NCBI GenBank assembly: GCA_964551345.1
Contig: CAZKDQ010000017.1
Coordinates: 1-34,114, forward strand
Source: an uncultured Rhodothermales bacterium
Lineage (GTDB): Bacteria > Bacteroidota > Rhodothermia > Rhodothermales > CAZKDQ01
DNA: 34,114 nucleotides
Direction: 5' to 3'
Part shown: in pieces, positions 1-8,284 of the stretch
Position numbering within the stretch: the first letter of the stretch is position 1
How the letters are laid out: each line of letters starts with the position of its first letter
Notes under the pieces: model-generated
The model's database searches: none
Seen by the model: only the letters and a program-made list of their open reading frames with translations
Told to the model about the DNA's origin: nothing
Position numbers and translations under genes: made by a program

Positions 1-423
1 ATCGTTGCGGTGATCGGTGAAGGAGCTTCAGGCGGCGCGCTCGGCATCGGCGTTGGCGACCGCATTTTGATGATGGAGAACGCGTGGTATTCCGTGATTT
101 CGCCCGAAAGCTGCTCCTCGATCCTCTGGCGTTCGTGGGATCATAAGGAGGATGCGGCCGAAGCGCTCAAACTGACCGCGTACGATCTAATCAAGGAAGG
201 TATCGTGGATGAGATCATCCGCGAACCCGACGGCGGCGCGCACCACTACCCCGACGACGCGGCAAGATCGCTCGGCAAGGCCATCGCAGGCGCACTAGAT
301 GAGCTGGTGAAGCTTCCTGCGGACACACTGCTTGCGGAGCGCGTCGAGAAGTTTGATCGGATGGGCGCCTTTACGACTGCATCCGCTGATGGAGCTGTCG
401 CAGCCGAGGCATCCGGTCGCTGA
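1..423 (+). CDS. accA: acetyl-CoA carboxylase carboxyltransferase alpha subunit, C-terminal part (5' end lies outside the window)
   Basis: Frame 1 is open from base 1. The translation (IVAV)[41 protein letters not shown]... is the conserved AccA core. Stop at 421-423. Confidence 0.9.
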   Translation: MVAVIGEGASGGALGIGVGDRILMMENAWYSVISPESCSSILWRSWDHKEDAAEALKLTAYDLIKEGIVDEIIREPDGGAHHYPDDAARSLGKAIAGALDELVKLPADTLLAERVEKFDRMGAFTTASADGAVAAEASGR

Positions 424-436
424 TGAGTACCCTCGC

Positions 437-862
437 ATGGTAGAATTCACGTATCAGCACCGCGTCCGCTATCGCGAATGTGATCCGATGGGCATCGTCT
501 ATCATGCCCATTACGTTGATTATTTTGAGGCTGCGCGGACCGAGGCCTTGCGCGCATTCGGCCTTCCCTACCGCGAGTTGGAAGAGGCCGGCGTCATCAT
601 GCCGGTCATCGATCTCGCCCTCAAGTATCACCGCCCGGCCTACTATGATGATCTCCTCGATATCATCACTTCGTTTGATGGGATCCCTGATCTTCGCGTT
701 CCGATCGACTATGTTGTTGAACGTCCGGCAGACGGAACGCACCTTGTCTCCGGCCGCGTGACGCTGTGTTTCGTCGATCGTGCGCGCAACCGGCCGGTTC
801 GTGCGCCGGAAGCCGTACGACGCGTTTTCGAACGAGTGCAGCAACGTCAAGGCGAGTCATGA
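437..862 (+). CDS. acyl-CoA thioesterase, 4HBT/YbgC hotdog family
   Basis: MVEFTYQHRVRYRECDPMGIVYHAHYVDYFEAARTEALRAFG is the typical 4HBT N-terminal catalytic Asp region. I chose ATG 437 because the tracked start at 332 overlaps accA. The stop overlaps the nadC start (ATGA). Confidence 0.8.
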   Translation: MVEFTYQHRVRYRECDPMGIVYHAHYVDYFEAARTEALRAFGLPYRELEEAGVIMPVIDLALKYHRPAYYDDLLDIITSFDGIPDLRVPIDYVVERPADGTHLVSGRVTLCFVDRARNRPVRAPEAVRRVFERVQQRQGES

Positions 863-1758
863 TCCAATTACCGCATTACATCAGCAATGCCTACATCGAC
901 GACCTGATCAGGCGATCGATCGAGGAGGATGTGGGATCGGGTGATGTCACCACACTCGCGACCGTGCCGCGCGATCGCAAGGCGACTGCGGTTGTGGAGG
1001 TGCGAGAGCCGGGAATCGTCGCGGGGATTTGGATGGCGTCCTGCGTTTTCGATACAACCGACAGGGAAATCCACTGCGACTGGAAGGTAAAAGACGGCGC
1101 TTCAGTGGAGGCGGGCGATGTGCTCGGCCACATCGAAGGTCCTGCGCAGAGCATTCTGACCGCCGAGCGCCTCGCACTCAACTTCATGCAGCGGATGAGT
1201 GGAATCGCCACATTCACCCGATGGATGGTCGATCTGGCAGAACCGCACGGTGCGTTAATCCTCGACACACGTAAGACGGCTCCCGGCCTGCGCCCCGTCG
1301 ACAAATGGGCGGTCTCGATGGGCGGTGGCCAGAATCACCGGATCGGCCTTTTCGACATGATCCTGATCAAGGATAATCACATCGCGGCCGCCGGAGGAAT
1401 ACAGGCCGCGGTCGAGCAGGCCCTCCACTACCGCGAGAGAGAAGGTCGCAAGCTGTCCATCATCGTGGAAGTCCGGACTCTTGAGGAGCTTGACGATGCG
1501 CTGCGCCTCGAGGGCATCGACACGCTGCTGCTCGACAACATGGTCCGCCGAGATGCCAACGGCTCGGTGGATGCTTCGATGTTGGAGTCCGCTGTGCGGA
1601 AGGTCGACGGGCGGTTTAAGACCGAGGCATCGGGCAACGTTTCCCTCGAAACCGTCGAGGCGATCGCGAAGACGGGCGTCCACTACATCAGCTGCGGCGC
1701 CCTCACCCATTCAGTGCGCGCGCTGGATATCGGACTGAACATCCAGCTTGGAGGCTAG
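859..1758 (+). CDS. nadC: nicotinate-nucleotide (quinolinate) phosphoribosyltransferase
   Basis: Recognised from LTAERLALNFMQRMSGIAT...LDTRKTAPGLR...KDNHI...VEVRTLEE...LLDNM. ATG 859 overlaps the upstream stop by 4 nt. Confidence 0.9.
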   Translation: MIQLPHYISNAYIDDLIRRSIEEDVGSGDVTTLATVPRDRKATAVVEVREPGIVAGIWMASCVFDTTDREIHCDWKVKDGASVEAGDVLGHIEGPAQSILTAERLALNFMQRMSGIATFTRWMVDLAEPHGALILDTRKTAPGLRPVDKWAVSMGGGQNHRIGLFDMILIKDNHIAAAGGIQAAVEQALHYREREGRKLSIIVEVRTLEELDDALRLEGIDTLLLDNMVRRDANGSVDASMLESAVRKVDGRFKTEASGNVSLETVEAIAKTGVHYISCGALTHSVRALDIGLNIQLGG

Positions 1759-1760
1759 CT

Positions 1761-2285
1761 TCAGAGCTGCTCCAGTACGACCGTGGCGGTGCCCGACCTG
1801 ATCATCCCGACCTCGCGCGCCGCGGCTTCACTCAGATCGATGATCCGGTTCTTTGCGAACGGGCCACGATCATTGACGCGAACGACAACCTGCTTCCCGT
1901 TCGCCTTGTTGGTCACCCGGATCGTCGAACCGAAAGGAAGCGTCGGATGTGCGGCCGTTAGTTCCGCGGGATCAAACGTCTCGCCATTGGCGGTCGGCCG
2001 GCCGGCGAAACCCTTGCCGTAGTAGCTCGCCTTTCCTTTCTCGATCACCTCGGCCGAATCCTCATCCTCGTCCGTTGTGCGAGTATCGGAAACCGTTATT
2101 ACCGGCAGCGCAAGTGAGAGCGTGTGCTCCGGACCCGGCATACTTACGCCCATCGCGGCGCTATCAGGCTCGATAGCACCTATACCGATTACTGACAGCG
2201 CAACGAGTACGGAACCCGTCGCACACATCCCTTTCCAGCCTTTGATGAGCCGTTCGCGACGGCTAACTTGGTATCCCGGATTCAT
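1761..2285 (-). CDS. rlpA: RlpA-like septal ring lytic transglycosylase / DPBB-domain lipoprotein
   Basis: C-terminal KASYYGKGFAGRPTANGETFDPAELTAAHPTLPFGSTIRVTNKANGKQVVVRVNDRGPF is the RlpA double-psi beta-barrel signature. A hydrophobic N-terminal segment follows ATG 2285. The tracked start at 2387 is probably too long. Confidence 0.85.
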   Translation of the reverse strand: MNPGYQVSRRERLIKGWKGMCATGSVLVALSVIGIGAIEPDSAAMGVSMPGPEHTLSLALPVITVSDTRTTDEDEDSAEVIEKGKASYYGKGFAGRPTANGETFDPAELTAAHPTLPFGSTIRVTNKANGKQVVVRVNDRGPFAKNRIIDLSEAAAREVGMIRSGTATVVLEQL

Positions 2286-2403
2286 AGGCAGCCGCTTTGC
2301 GGTTATCCGTTGGTGATGAATGGAAGCGCGACAATGCCCATGCCGACTGATGGTTGCCACCTCATCGTATCTTCTCATCTCCTTCATTTACACAACTTAG
2401 CTC

Positions 2404-3033
2404 ATGCTGGTCGAAGATGTGATGAGCCGGCCTGTCCGGAAGATTGATTCCGAAACCTCTCTTGCAGAGGCATATCGAATCATGCAAACCAACGATCTGC
2501 GGCACCTTCCCGTCGTCGATGATGGCGATGTTGTCGGCGTCGTCACGGATCGGGATCTGCGCCTGGTTACGAGTTGGCTTCATTCCGGGCCGTTTGATGC
2601 GGATGCAGCCGTATCGGAGGTGATGTCTCGTGATCCGGTGACAGCGGCACCGCGCGATCCGGTTGAGGAAGCGGCGCGCCTCATGCGCCGGCGCAAGATA
2701 GGCTGCCTCCCGATTATTGATGAAGGCAAGCTCGTCGGAATCGTCACCGGTACCGACCTGCTCGATGCGCTGATGCGCATGACCGGACTCGAGGCCGCGA
2801 GCAGCCGCGTAGAGGTGGTGCTGACGGACGAGCCGGGCCAGCTTGCTCGACTGACGGCCGCCGTCGCGGATCTCGGCCTCAATATCCACTCGATGCTGAC
2901 GCACCGCGCCGATCCTGAGCGTGTGCAGGTCATTCTGCGCCTCAACACGATGAACCCGACGCCTCTCCTCGATGTGCTTCGAGACCGCGGCGTGGAAATC
3001 CTGTGGCCGCGGCCGAAGCCATGGTCCCGGTAG
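2404..3033 (+). CDS. acuB: CBS-pair + ACT domain protein (AcuB-like)
   Basis: Two CBS repeats are visible (VMSRPV...HLPVVDDGDVVGVVTDRDL and VMSRDPV...CLPIIDEGKLVGIVTGTDL), followed by an ACT-like tail. It is immediately followed by, and overlaps, an AcuC-like gene. Confidence 0.75.
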   Translation: MLVEDVMSRPVRKIDSETSLAEAYRIMQTNDLRHLPVVDDGDVVGVVTDRDLRLVTSWLHSGPFDADAAVSEVMSRDPVTAAPRDPVEEAARLMRRRKIGCLPIIDEGKLVGIVTGTDLLDALMRMTGLEAASSRVEVVLTDEPGQLARLTAAVADLGLNIHSMLTHRADPERVQVILRLNTMNPTPLLDVLRDRGVEILWPRPKPWSR

Positions 3034-4154
3034 TCTACGACAAAGCCTACGATCGCTACTTCTTCGGCCCGACACACCCGTTCAGCCCGATCCGGCAGCA
3101 CATGGTGCTGGACCTGCTCGAGGCTCTGGGCGAACGGCCTGACATCATAGCTCCGCGTTTGGCAACGAGCGAGGAAATCGGTCGCTCCCACTCGACGGAG
3201 TTCATTGAACAGGTGAAGGCGGCGGAGAAAGGTCGCTCAACGGCCGAGACGAGGCAGTATGGTCTTGGTACGCCTGATGTACCTGTTTTTGACGGGATGG
3301 ATGAAGCCGCGAGGATTATCGTTGGCGGCACGATGCACGCCGCGGAGCTGATTGCGGATGGCGTAGCTCCGATCGTGCTTCAACTCGGTGGAGGCCTCCA
3401 TCACGCTCATCGCGGGATGGCTTCGGGATTCTGTGTTTACAATGACCTCAGCTGCGCCATTCGTCGGTTTCGCGAGAACGGCTGGCGCATCGCCTATCTC
3501 GATATTGATGTGCACCACGGGGACGGCGTGCAGTCGATACACGAGCACGAACGGGACGTGCTGACGATAAGCCTGCACGAGTCAGGGCACTACCTTTATC
3601 CCGGAAGCGGATTTGCGCACGAAATCGGAAAGGGTGATGGGCGGGGTTTTTCAATCAACCTTCCGCTTGAGCCCGGTACATCGGACGCGAGTTACCTGGA
3701 TGTCTTCGAAAGCGTGGTTCCGCACACGCTGGCGTGGTTTCAACCAGATGTAATGGTCATCCAATCAGGAGTAGATGCGCATTTCCGTGATCCGCTTGCC
3801 GACCTGCTTCTCACGAGCCGGGGATTCGAGAGGCTGTTTCGGCGCATCCTCGAGCTCGTGCACAAATATTCTGGAGGACGCGCGCTCTTCACGCTGGGCG
3901 GCGGCTACGACCTGGACTCCGCCGGTCGGCTGTGGACGATGCTCTACCTGATCCTGCAGGGTCACACCCTGCCTGACGAGCTTCCATCGTCCTACCTCGA
4001 GCGCTGGCAGACACGGGTGCAGGGAGCAGCGCTCACGCCGACGCTTCACGATCCTGATATCAACTTCGACGTGGAGGATTTGGAAGCAATCGAGAATCAG
4101 AACCGTCTCGTGAGTCGGCGCGCACTGGAACTCGTGGCGCCGCACTGGTACTGA
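3021..4154 (+). CDS. acuC: histone deacetylase-family protein deacetylase (AcuC-like)
   Basis: Class I HDAC/AcuC motifs are present: GGLHHAHRGMASGFCVYND and DIDVHHGDGVQ. I prefer ATG 3021 (MVPVVYDKAYDRYFFGPTHPF). GTG 3003 is also possible. Confidence 0.85.
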   Translation: MVPVVYDKAYDRYFFGPTHPFSPIRQHMVLDLLEALGERPDIIAPRLATSEEIGRSHSTEFIEQVKAAEKGRSTAETRQYGLGTPDVPVFDGMDEAARIIVGGTMHAAELIADGVAPIVLQLGGGLHHAHRGMASGFCVYNDLSCAIRRFRENGWRIAYLDIDVHHGDGVQSIHEHERDVLTISLHESGHYLYPGSGFAHEIGKGDGRGFSINLPLEPGTSDASYLDVFESVVPHTLAWFQPDVMVIQSGVDAHFRDPLADLLLTSRGFERLFRRILELVHKYSGGRALFTLGGGYDLDSAGRLWTMLYLILQGHTLPDELPSSYLERWQTRVQGAALTPTLHDPDINFDVEDLEAIENQNRLVSRRALELVAPHWY

Positions 4155-4158
4155 GCTA

Positions 4159-5277
4159 TCACGAATGATGCCGTCGCGCTTCCTCCACAAGCGCCTTCAC
4201 GTCATCGCGCCGAACGCCGCGAATGATCCGAGGATGACGGTTCCTGCGCATCCCTTGCATGATCATTCTATCGTCCGGCACAGCGAGTGCCACCGCTATC
4301 GTATCAATTCTCGCCTCGATCACCGCGCCCATGCACATCATGCAGAGCGGGTGCGTGGTCGCGAGTACGAGATCATCGTGATCAAATAGACTGGCGCCCG
4401 CATCCACCAACAAGGTCACGACAGCATGCGCGAGCGGCCCACCCTGCTGCGCCATCGAGCGCGACGTCTCGATGATCGTGCCGTCGGAGCGGGCGAGCAC
4501 CGCTCCGGAGGCAACGTCACCCGCAGCCATTCCACTGCGAGCGACATCGATCGCCTCGCTCATGAGCTCATCTAAGAAGGATGGAGTGAGACTTCCTTCG
4601 CCCGGTGAAGCATTCGCCAGCGCCTCGTCCAGATTGACATGAAGATCAGCCGCATCCTGATAAAGACCGCGAACGCCGGCAGCTCGCATCGCATCCTCGC
4701 CATGAACGCCGGTCATCAAACCGATGCACGCCACACCTCCTCCTGCTGCAGCCTGTGCATCGTAAGGCGTGTCCCCGATCATCACACACTGACCCGGGCC
4801 GAGTCCGAGCTTCTCATAAGCGGCAACCACGACATCTGCATGCGGCTTGCTCTTCTCAACATCCGTGTCCGTAACGACCTCATCCGCTAGCGAATCGAGA
4901 TCAAGCTCTGCTGCGGCGATGACCTTCTCAAGGTTCTCCTGCTTGGATGCCGTGGCGACGGCGATGCGGAGGCCGCGGTCGCGGCACGCTGCCATTAGAT
5001 CTTCAACTGCGGGAAACTTCCCAACGCCATCCTTAATCAGTTTCCGATACTCCTTCCCATGCACGTCCCGCAGCTCATCTCCATGCTGCGCTTCGGCTTC
5101 GTCTCCGACGAGCGTCGGGACGAGCATGCTTCCACCCTTGCCAATCTCCAGCGAAATTCGATCTTCGCCCAGATGGTAGCCAAACTTTTCAAATGCGATC
5201 GCCCACGCGCGAGTGTGGAGGTGATTCGTGTCGATGAGTGTGCCATCAAGGTCGAAGATGATGCCGTCAAGTGCCAT
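4159..5277 (-). CDS. fusion protein: N-terminal HAD-IA phosphatase + C-terminal cytidine/deoxycytidylate-deaminase-like domain (catalytic Glu absent)
   Basis: HAD motifs: FDLDGTLIDT, VATAS, KSKPHAD, IGDTPYD. The C-terminal half aligns by eye to the TadA/CDA fold, but HAE reads HAV (PLAHAVVTLL) and PCxxC reads PLCMMC. Confidence 0.8.
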   Translation of the reverse strand: MALDGIIFDLDGTLIDTNHLHTRAWAIAFEKFGYHLGEDRISLEIGKGGSMLVPTLVGDEAEAQHGDELRDVHGKEYRKLIKDGVGKFPAVEDLMAACRDRGLRIAVATASKQENLEKVIAAAELDLDSLADEVVTDTDVEKSKPHADVVVAAYEKLGLGPGQCVMIGDTPYDAQAAAGGGVACIGLMTGVHGEDAMRAAGVRGLYQDAADLHVNLDEALANASPGEGSLTPSFLDELMSEAIDVARSGMAAGDVASGAVLARSDGTIIETSRSMAQQGGPLAHAVVTLLVDAGASLFDHDDLVLATTHPLCMMCMGAVIEARIDTIAVALAVPDDRMIMQGMRRNRHPRIIRGVRRDDVKALVEEARRHHS

Positions 5278-5487
5278 GCGTTCTTACGATGGATGATGTG
5301 ATTGCCTCACTTATCCGCCGCATGAACCTCAGATTCCAACCGCAGGCAACGTTACAGCACTTTTGTCTAATCGCCGTTTTTGCGGATTGATTGTCGGCTG
5401 CGCGCTATATTGAGCCCTCATCCAAAAAATTGCTGCGAATGGAATAGCGCTACTGCACGAGTTACTCACGGTTATTACAAGTAATCG

Positions 5488-6879
5488 ATGTTGCAGGAGC
5501 AAAGTCGCCTATTTCAGCGGGCGCTATTTTTAGCAGACATCCTCCTGATTTGTATCGGGTGGATCAGTGCGTGGGTCATCCGCTTTCAGATTCTGACGCC
5601 GCCTGAGTGGGTTCCGCTGGCGCGTTATCTGGAGTTTCTCCCATGGGTCGTCGTAATCGGAAGCCTCGTTTTCGCCGCTTCCGGCCTTTACGCCCCGGAC
5701 CGCGCGCAACGCCTGACGCGGCTCGTTTATGCCGTCGCCAAGGCCATGGCACTGGGGCTGCTGACTGTCGCTGCCTCGCTATCTTTCTACCGCGAGCTCT
5801 ACTTCTCACGGCTGCACATGATCATCTTCGGAGCGCTCACTCCGACGTTGATGATCCTGCTTCGCGTCGTTCTCTATTACTTCGTGCGGCGCGCGCGGCA
5901 GCAGGGCCACTACCTGCGCCGCGTGGTGATCGTGGGAGCAGGAAGAGCCGGGCGCAGGCTTGCTTCGGCGATGCAGCAGTATCCGTGGATGGGGCTCGAT
6001 GTTGTCGGGTTCTTTGATGACCACAAGCGAGATGCGGATGACGTGCGGGGCGGTGTCGCCGACGTTATTCCGTTTGTGGATGAGTCAGGTGCTGCGGGCA
6101 AACCGATTGATTATGTCTATGTGGCGCTTCCCCTTTCCGCATCGGATCGGATCGAAAGCCTCGTCGATGGTCTCGCGACGCGACTTCCGCACGTCTGCCT
6201 CGTGCCGGACCTCTTCCACCTTGACGTCATAAACAGCCGCGTCACGGATGTCGATGGCATGCCCGTCATCCACCTCATCGACGAGACGCCCTTCGAGCTG
6301 CGTCGCTTCATCAAACGCGCCATCGACATCGTCTTCTCCCTCGCGTTTCTGATTATCGCGGCACCGCTCATGATCTTCCTGGCGCTGGCCGTGAAGCTGA
6401 CATCGCGAGGCCCGGTCTTTTACCGGCAGGAACGGATGGGCCTCAACGGGCACACGTTCAAGATGCTGAAATTCCGGTCGATGCCGGTTGATGCTGAGTC
6501 GACGTCGGGCCCCGTCTGGGCACGTTCGGGAGACGGACGAGCCACCCCGATCGGAGCCTTCCTTCGCCGGACTTCACTCGACGAGCTTCCGCAGTTCATC
6601 AACGTTCTGAAGGGCGACATGTCGGTCGTGGGTCCACGACCGGAGCGGCCCGTCTTCATCGACGAGTTTCGCCAGCACGTTCCGCGCTACATGTTGCGGC
6701 ACAAGATGAAAGCGGGCATCACGGGCTGGGCGCAGGTTAACGGCTGGCGTGGCAACACCTCGATCGAGCGGCGCATCGAGTGCGACATTTACTACATCCA
6801 GAACTGGTCGCTCAAGCTCGATTTCAAGATCATGCTGATGACGCTCTGGCGAGGCTTCGTGCACGAGAACGCTTACTGA
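5488..6879 (+). CDS. undecaprenyl-phosphate sugar phosphotransferase (WcaJ/WbaP-like initiating transferase)
   Basis: N-terminal TM bundle, a Rossmann-like linker (VVIVGAGRAGRRL), and the C-terminal bacterial sugar transferase domain (RPVFYRQERMGLNGHTFKMLKFRSM...DELPQFINVLKGDMSVVGPRPERP...ENAY). Confidence 0.9.
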   Translation: MLQEQSRLFQRALFLADILLICIGWISAWVIRFQILTPPEWVPLARYLEFLPWVVVIGSLVFAASGLYAPDRAQRLTRLVYAVAKAMALGLLTVAASLSFYRELYFSRLHMIIFGALTPTLMILLRVVLYYFVRRARQQGHYLRRVVIVGAGRAGRRLASAMQQYPWMGLDVVGFFDDHKRDADDVRGGVADVIPFVDESGAAGKPIDYVYVALPLSASDRIESLVDGLATRLPHVCLVPDLFHLDVINSRVTDVDGMPVIHLIDETPFELRRFIKRAIDIVFSLAFLIIAAPLMIFLALAVKLTSRGPVFYRQERMGLNGHTFKMLKFRSMPVDAESTSGPVWARSGDGRATPIGAFLRRTSLDELPQFINVLKGDMSVVGPRPERPVFIDEFRQHVPRYMLRHKMKAGITGWAQVNGWRGNTSIERRIECDIYYIQNWSLKLDFKIMLMTLWRGFVHENAY

Positions 6880-8188
6880 TCCACACGCGGAGCGCCGACC
6901 ATCCGAAGTCCGCGTAGATGAGCAAGAGCGGGAAAATGTACAGCCGAAATCGAGCGTACCCGTTCGGGCCGCCGAGGACGAGGAGATAGAGAAGCACGAG
7001 TGTGATCAAGGCGACGCCTCCCGGAGACCTTCGGAAGAAAGGCATCACCCCCAGGCATGCGATCGCGGTTACGGCAATCAGAAACGCGAGGTAGATGAGC
7101 AGAATCGTGACCATCACCGGGTTCATCCGAACGAGCCGGTTGAATGCGCCGACGACGCCTTCACTCGCCACGATGTTTGTCAATCCAATGGCCGCGGAAT
7201 CGCTGGTCGAAAACGTCCGACTGAAGACGAGCCTCCCGGGATCGAAAAGCGTGACAGCCATCCCTCGAATTATGGCCTTCGCGTACAAAACGGGATGCGA
7301 TGCAAGGACTTCGGCAGCGAGGCGCTCCTCTTCCTGCTCCACCTGATTGAATGGCGCTTCATCATGTGAAGTCCCCAGCCGCTCCTCCAGGAGCTCGAAA
7401 AGCCCATCCTGCGCTGCGCGATGAGTCAGATCGTTGGCATCAGCGTAAACGAAAGCGCCGTGAGCGAATAACAGATTATGGCTCTGGATGGAGGTAAACG
7501 TGTAACTGTCGTGCTTAATGTTGTTACGGATAAACCACGGCGCCACGAGCACAAGAAACGCTACGCCAAACGCCATGACCGTCACGGGCTTAGTGCGTCT
7601 TGCGAGCAGGTATACAATAAGAAATACCGGTAGATAAAGAACAATTGGTTTGACCAGGGCGGCGAGACCGAGGAGAGCGCCGGCAGCGACGCCATTACCG
7701 AGATTGAAATCTCCTCTTGGCTTTATGAGCAGCAGGAGAACGAGAAGGAGCAGCGATGTGAAGAGAGGTTCAGTCAGCAGTTCCTTGCTGTATAGCAGCC
7801 ACGCCAGATCCAGGCTCAGAATGAATGCCGGTGCAAACGTAGCGTGAGCTTTCAGTCGATGAAGTAGCTTAAATATCAGAAGGTATATTGCAACGACAAA
7901 GAAGATATTCCACAGGATCACACTGATCGGATTGGTTCCGAACACCAGGTAGTTCGCAGCGATAAAGAGTGGAAATCCCGGCGTCCGTATCAGGTCACTG
8001 CGCGGCTCGTATGGGTCGAAGTAATATCGCCCCTCCTCCACCAGATTCACGGCCAGTCCATCGTACAGGTCGGAATCCCCATTAAACATCTTGGCGCGAT
8101 CCGGATATACGTACGCGATCAGCGCGACGCGCGTCAGCACGATGAAGGACAGCAGCAGAATGTGTCGTCTGTCCCGCAGGAACGACAT
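6830..8188 (-). CDS. polytopic GT-C fold glycosyltransferase (GT39/ArnT/PMT_2-like)
   Basis: About 10 or more hydrophobic segments. The first loop, GDSDLYDGLAVNLVEEGRYYF...RTPGFPLFIA, resembles the acidic loop of ArnT/PMT-type enzymes. The 3' end overlaps the convergent sugar transferase gene by 50 nt. Confidence 0.7.
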   Translation of the reverse strand: MSFLRDRRHILLLSFIVLTRVALIAYVYPDRAKMFNGDSDLYDGLAVNLVEEGRYYFDPYEPRSDLIRTPGFPLFIAANYLVFGTNPISVILWNIFFVVAIYLLIFKLLHRLKAHATFAPAFILSLDLAWLLYSKELLTEPLFTSLLLLVLLLLIKPRGDFNLGNGVAAGALLGLAALVKPIVLYLPVFLIVYLLARRTKPVTVMAFGVAFLVLVAPWFIRNNIKHDSYTFTSIQSHNLLFAHGAFVYADANDLTHRAAQDGLFELLEERLGTSHDEAPFNQVEQEEERLAAEVLASHPVLYAKAIIRGMAVTLFDPGRLVFSRTFSTSDSAAIGLTNIVASEGVVGAFNRLVRMNPVMVTILLIYLAFLIAVTAIACLGVMPFFRRSPGGVALITLVLLYLLVLGGPNGYARFRLYIFPLLLIYADFGWSALRVWISKRSRARSLARASSA

Positions 8189-8284
8189 GACGTGTGGCGG
8201 TTTTGTGTGCGGAGTTATCTAAAGTACGATCGCCATCCGCAAACCCTGTGTGAAGCCGCGCCTCTCCCCGAACCACGCTCGACA

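Noticed and set aside
2362-3075. 237-aa minus-strand ORF (and 2580-3191) opposite acuB
   Set aside because: The plus-strand frame has clear CBS repeats. The antisense frames are Arg-rich with no motifs.
8162-8284. Tracked upstream start (8162) of the ABC-F gene
   Set aside because: This start would overlap the divergent GT-C gene start (8188). It would also add 41 residues with no counterpart in ABC-F N-termini. TTG 8285 gives the usual M-I-x-x-x-x-I-S-L-x-F-G-G spacing.
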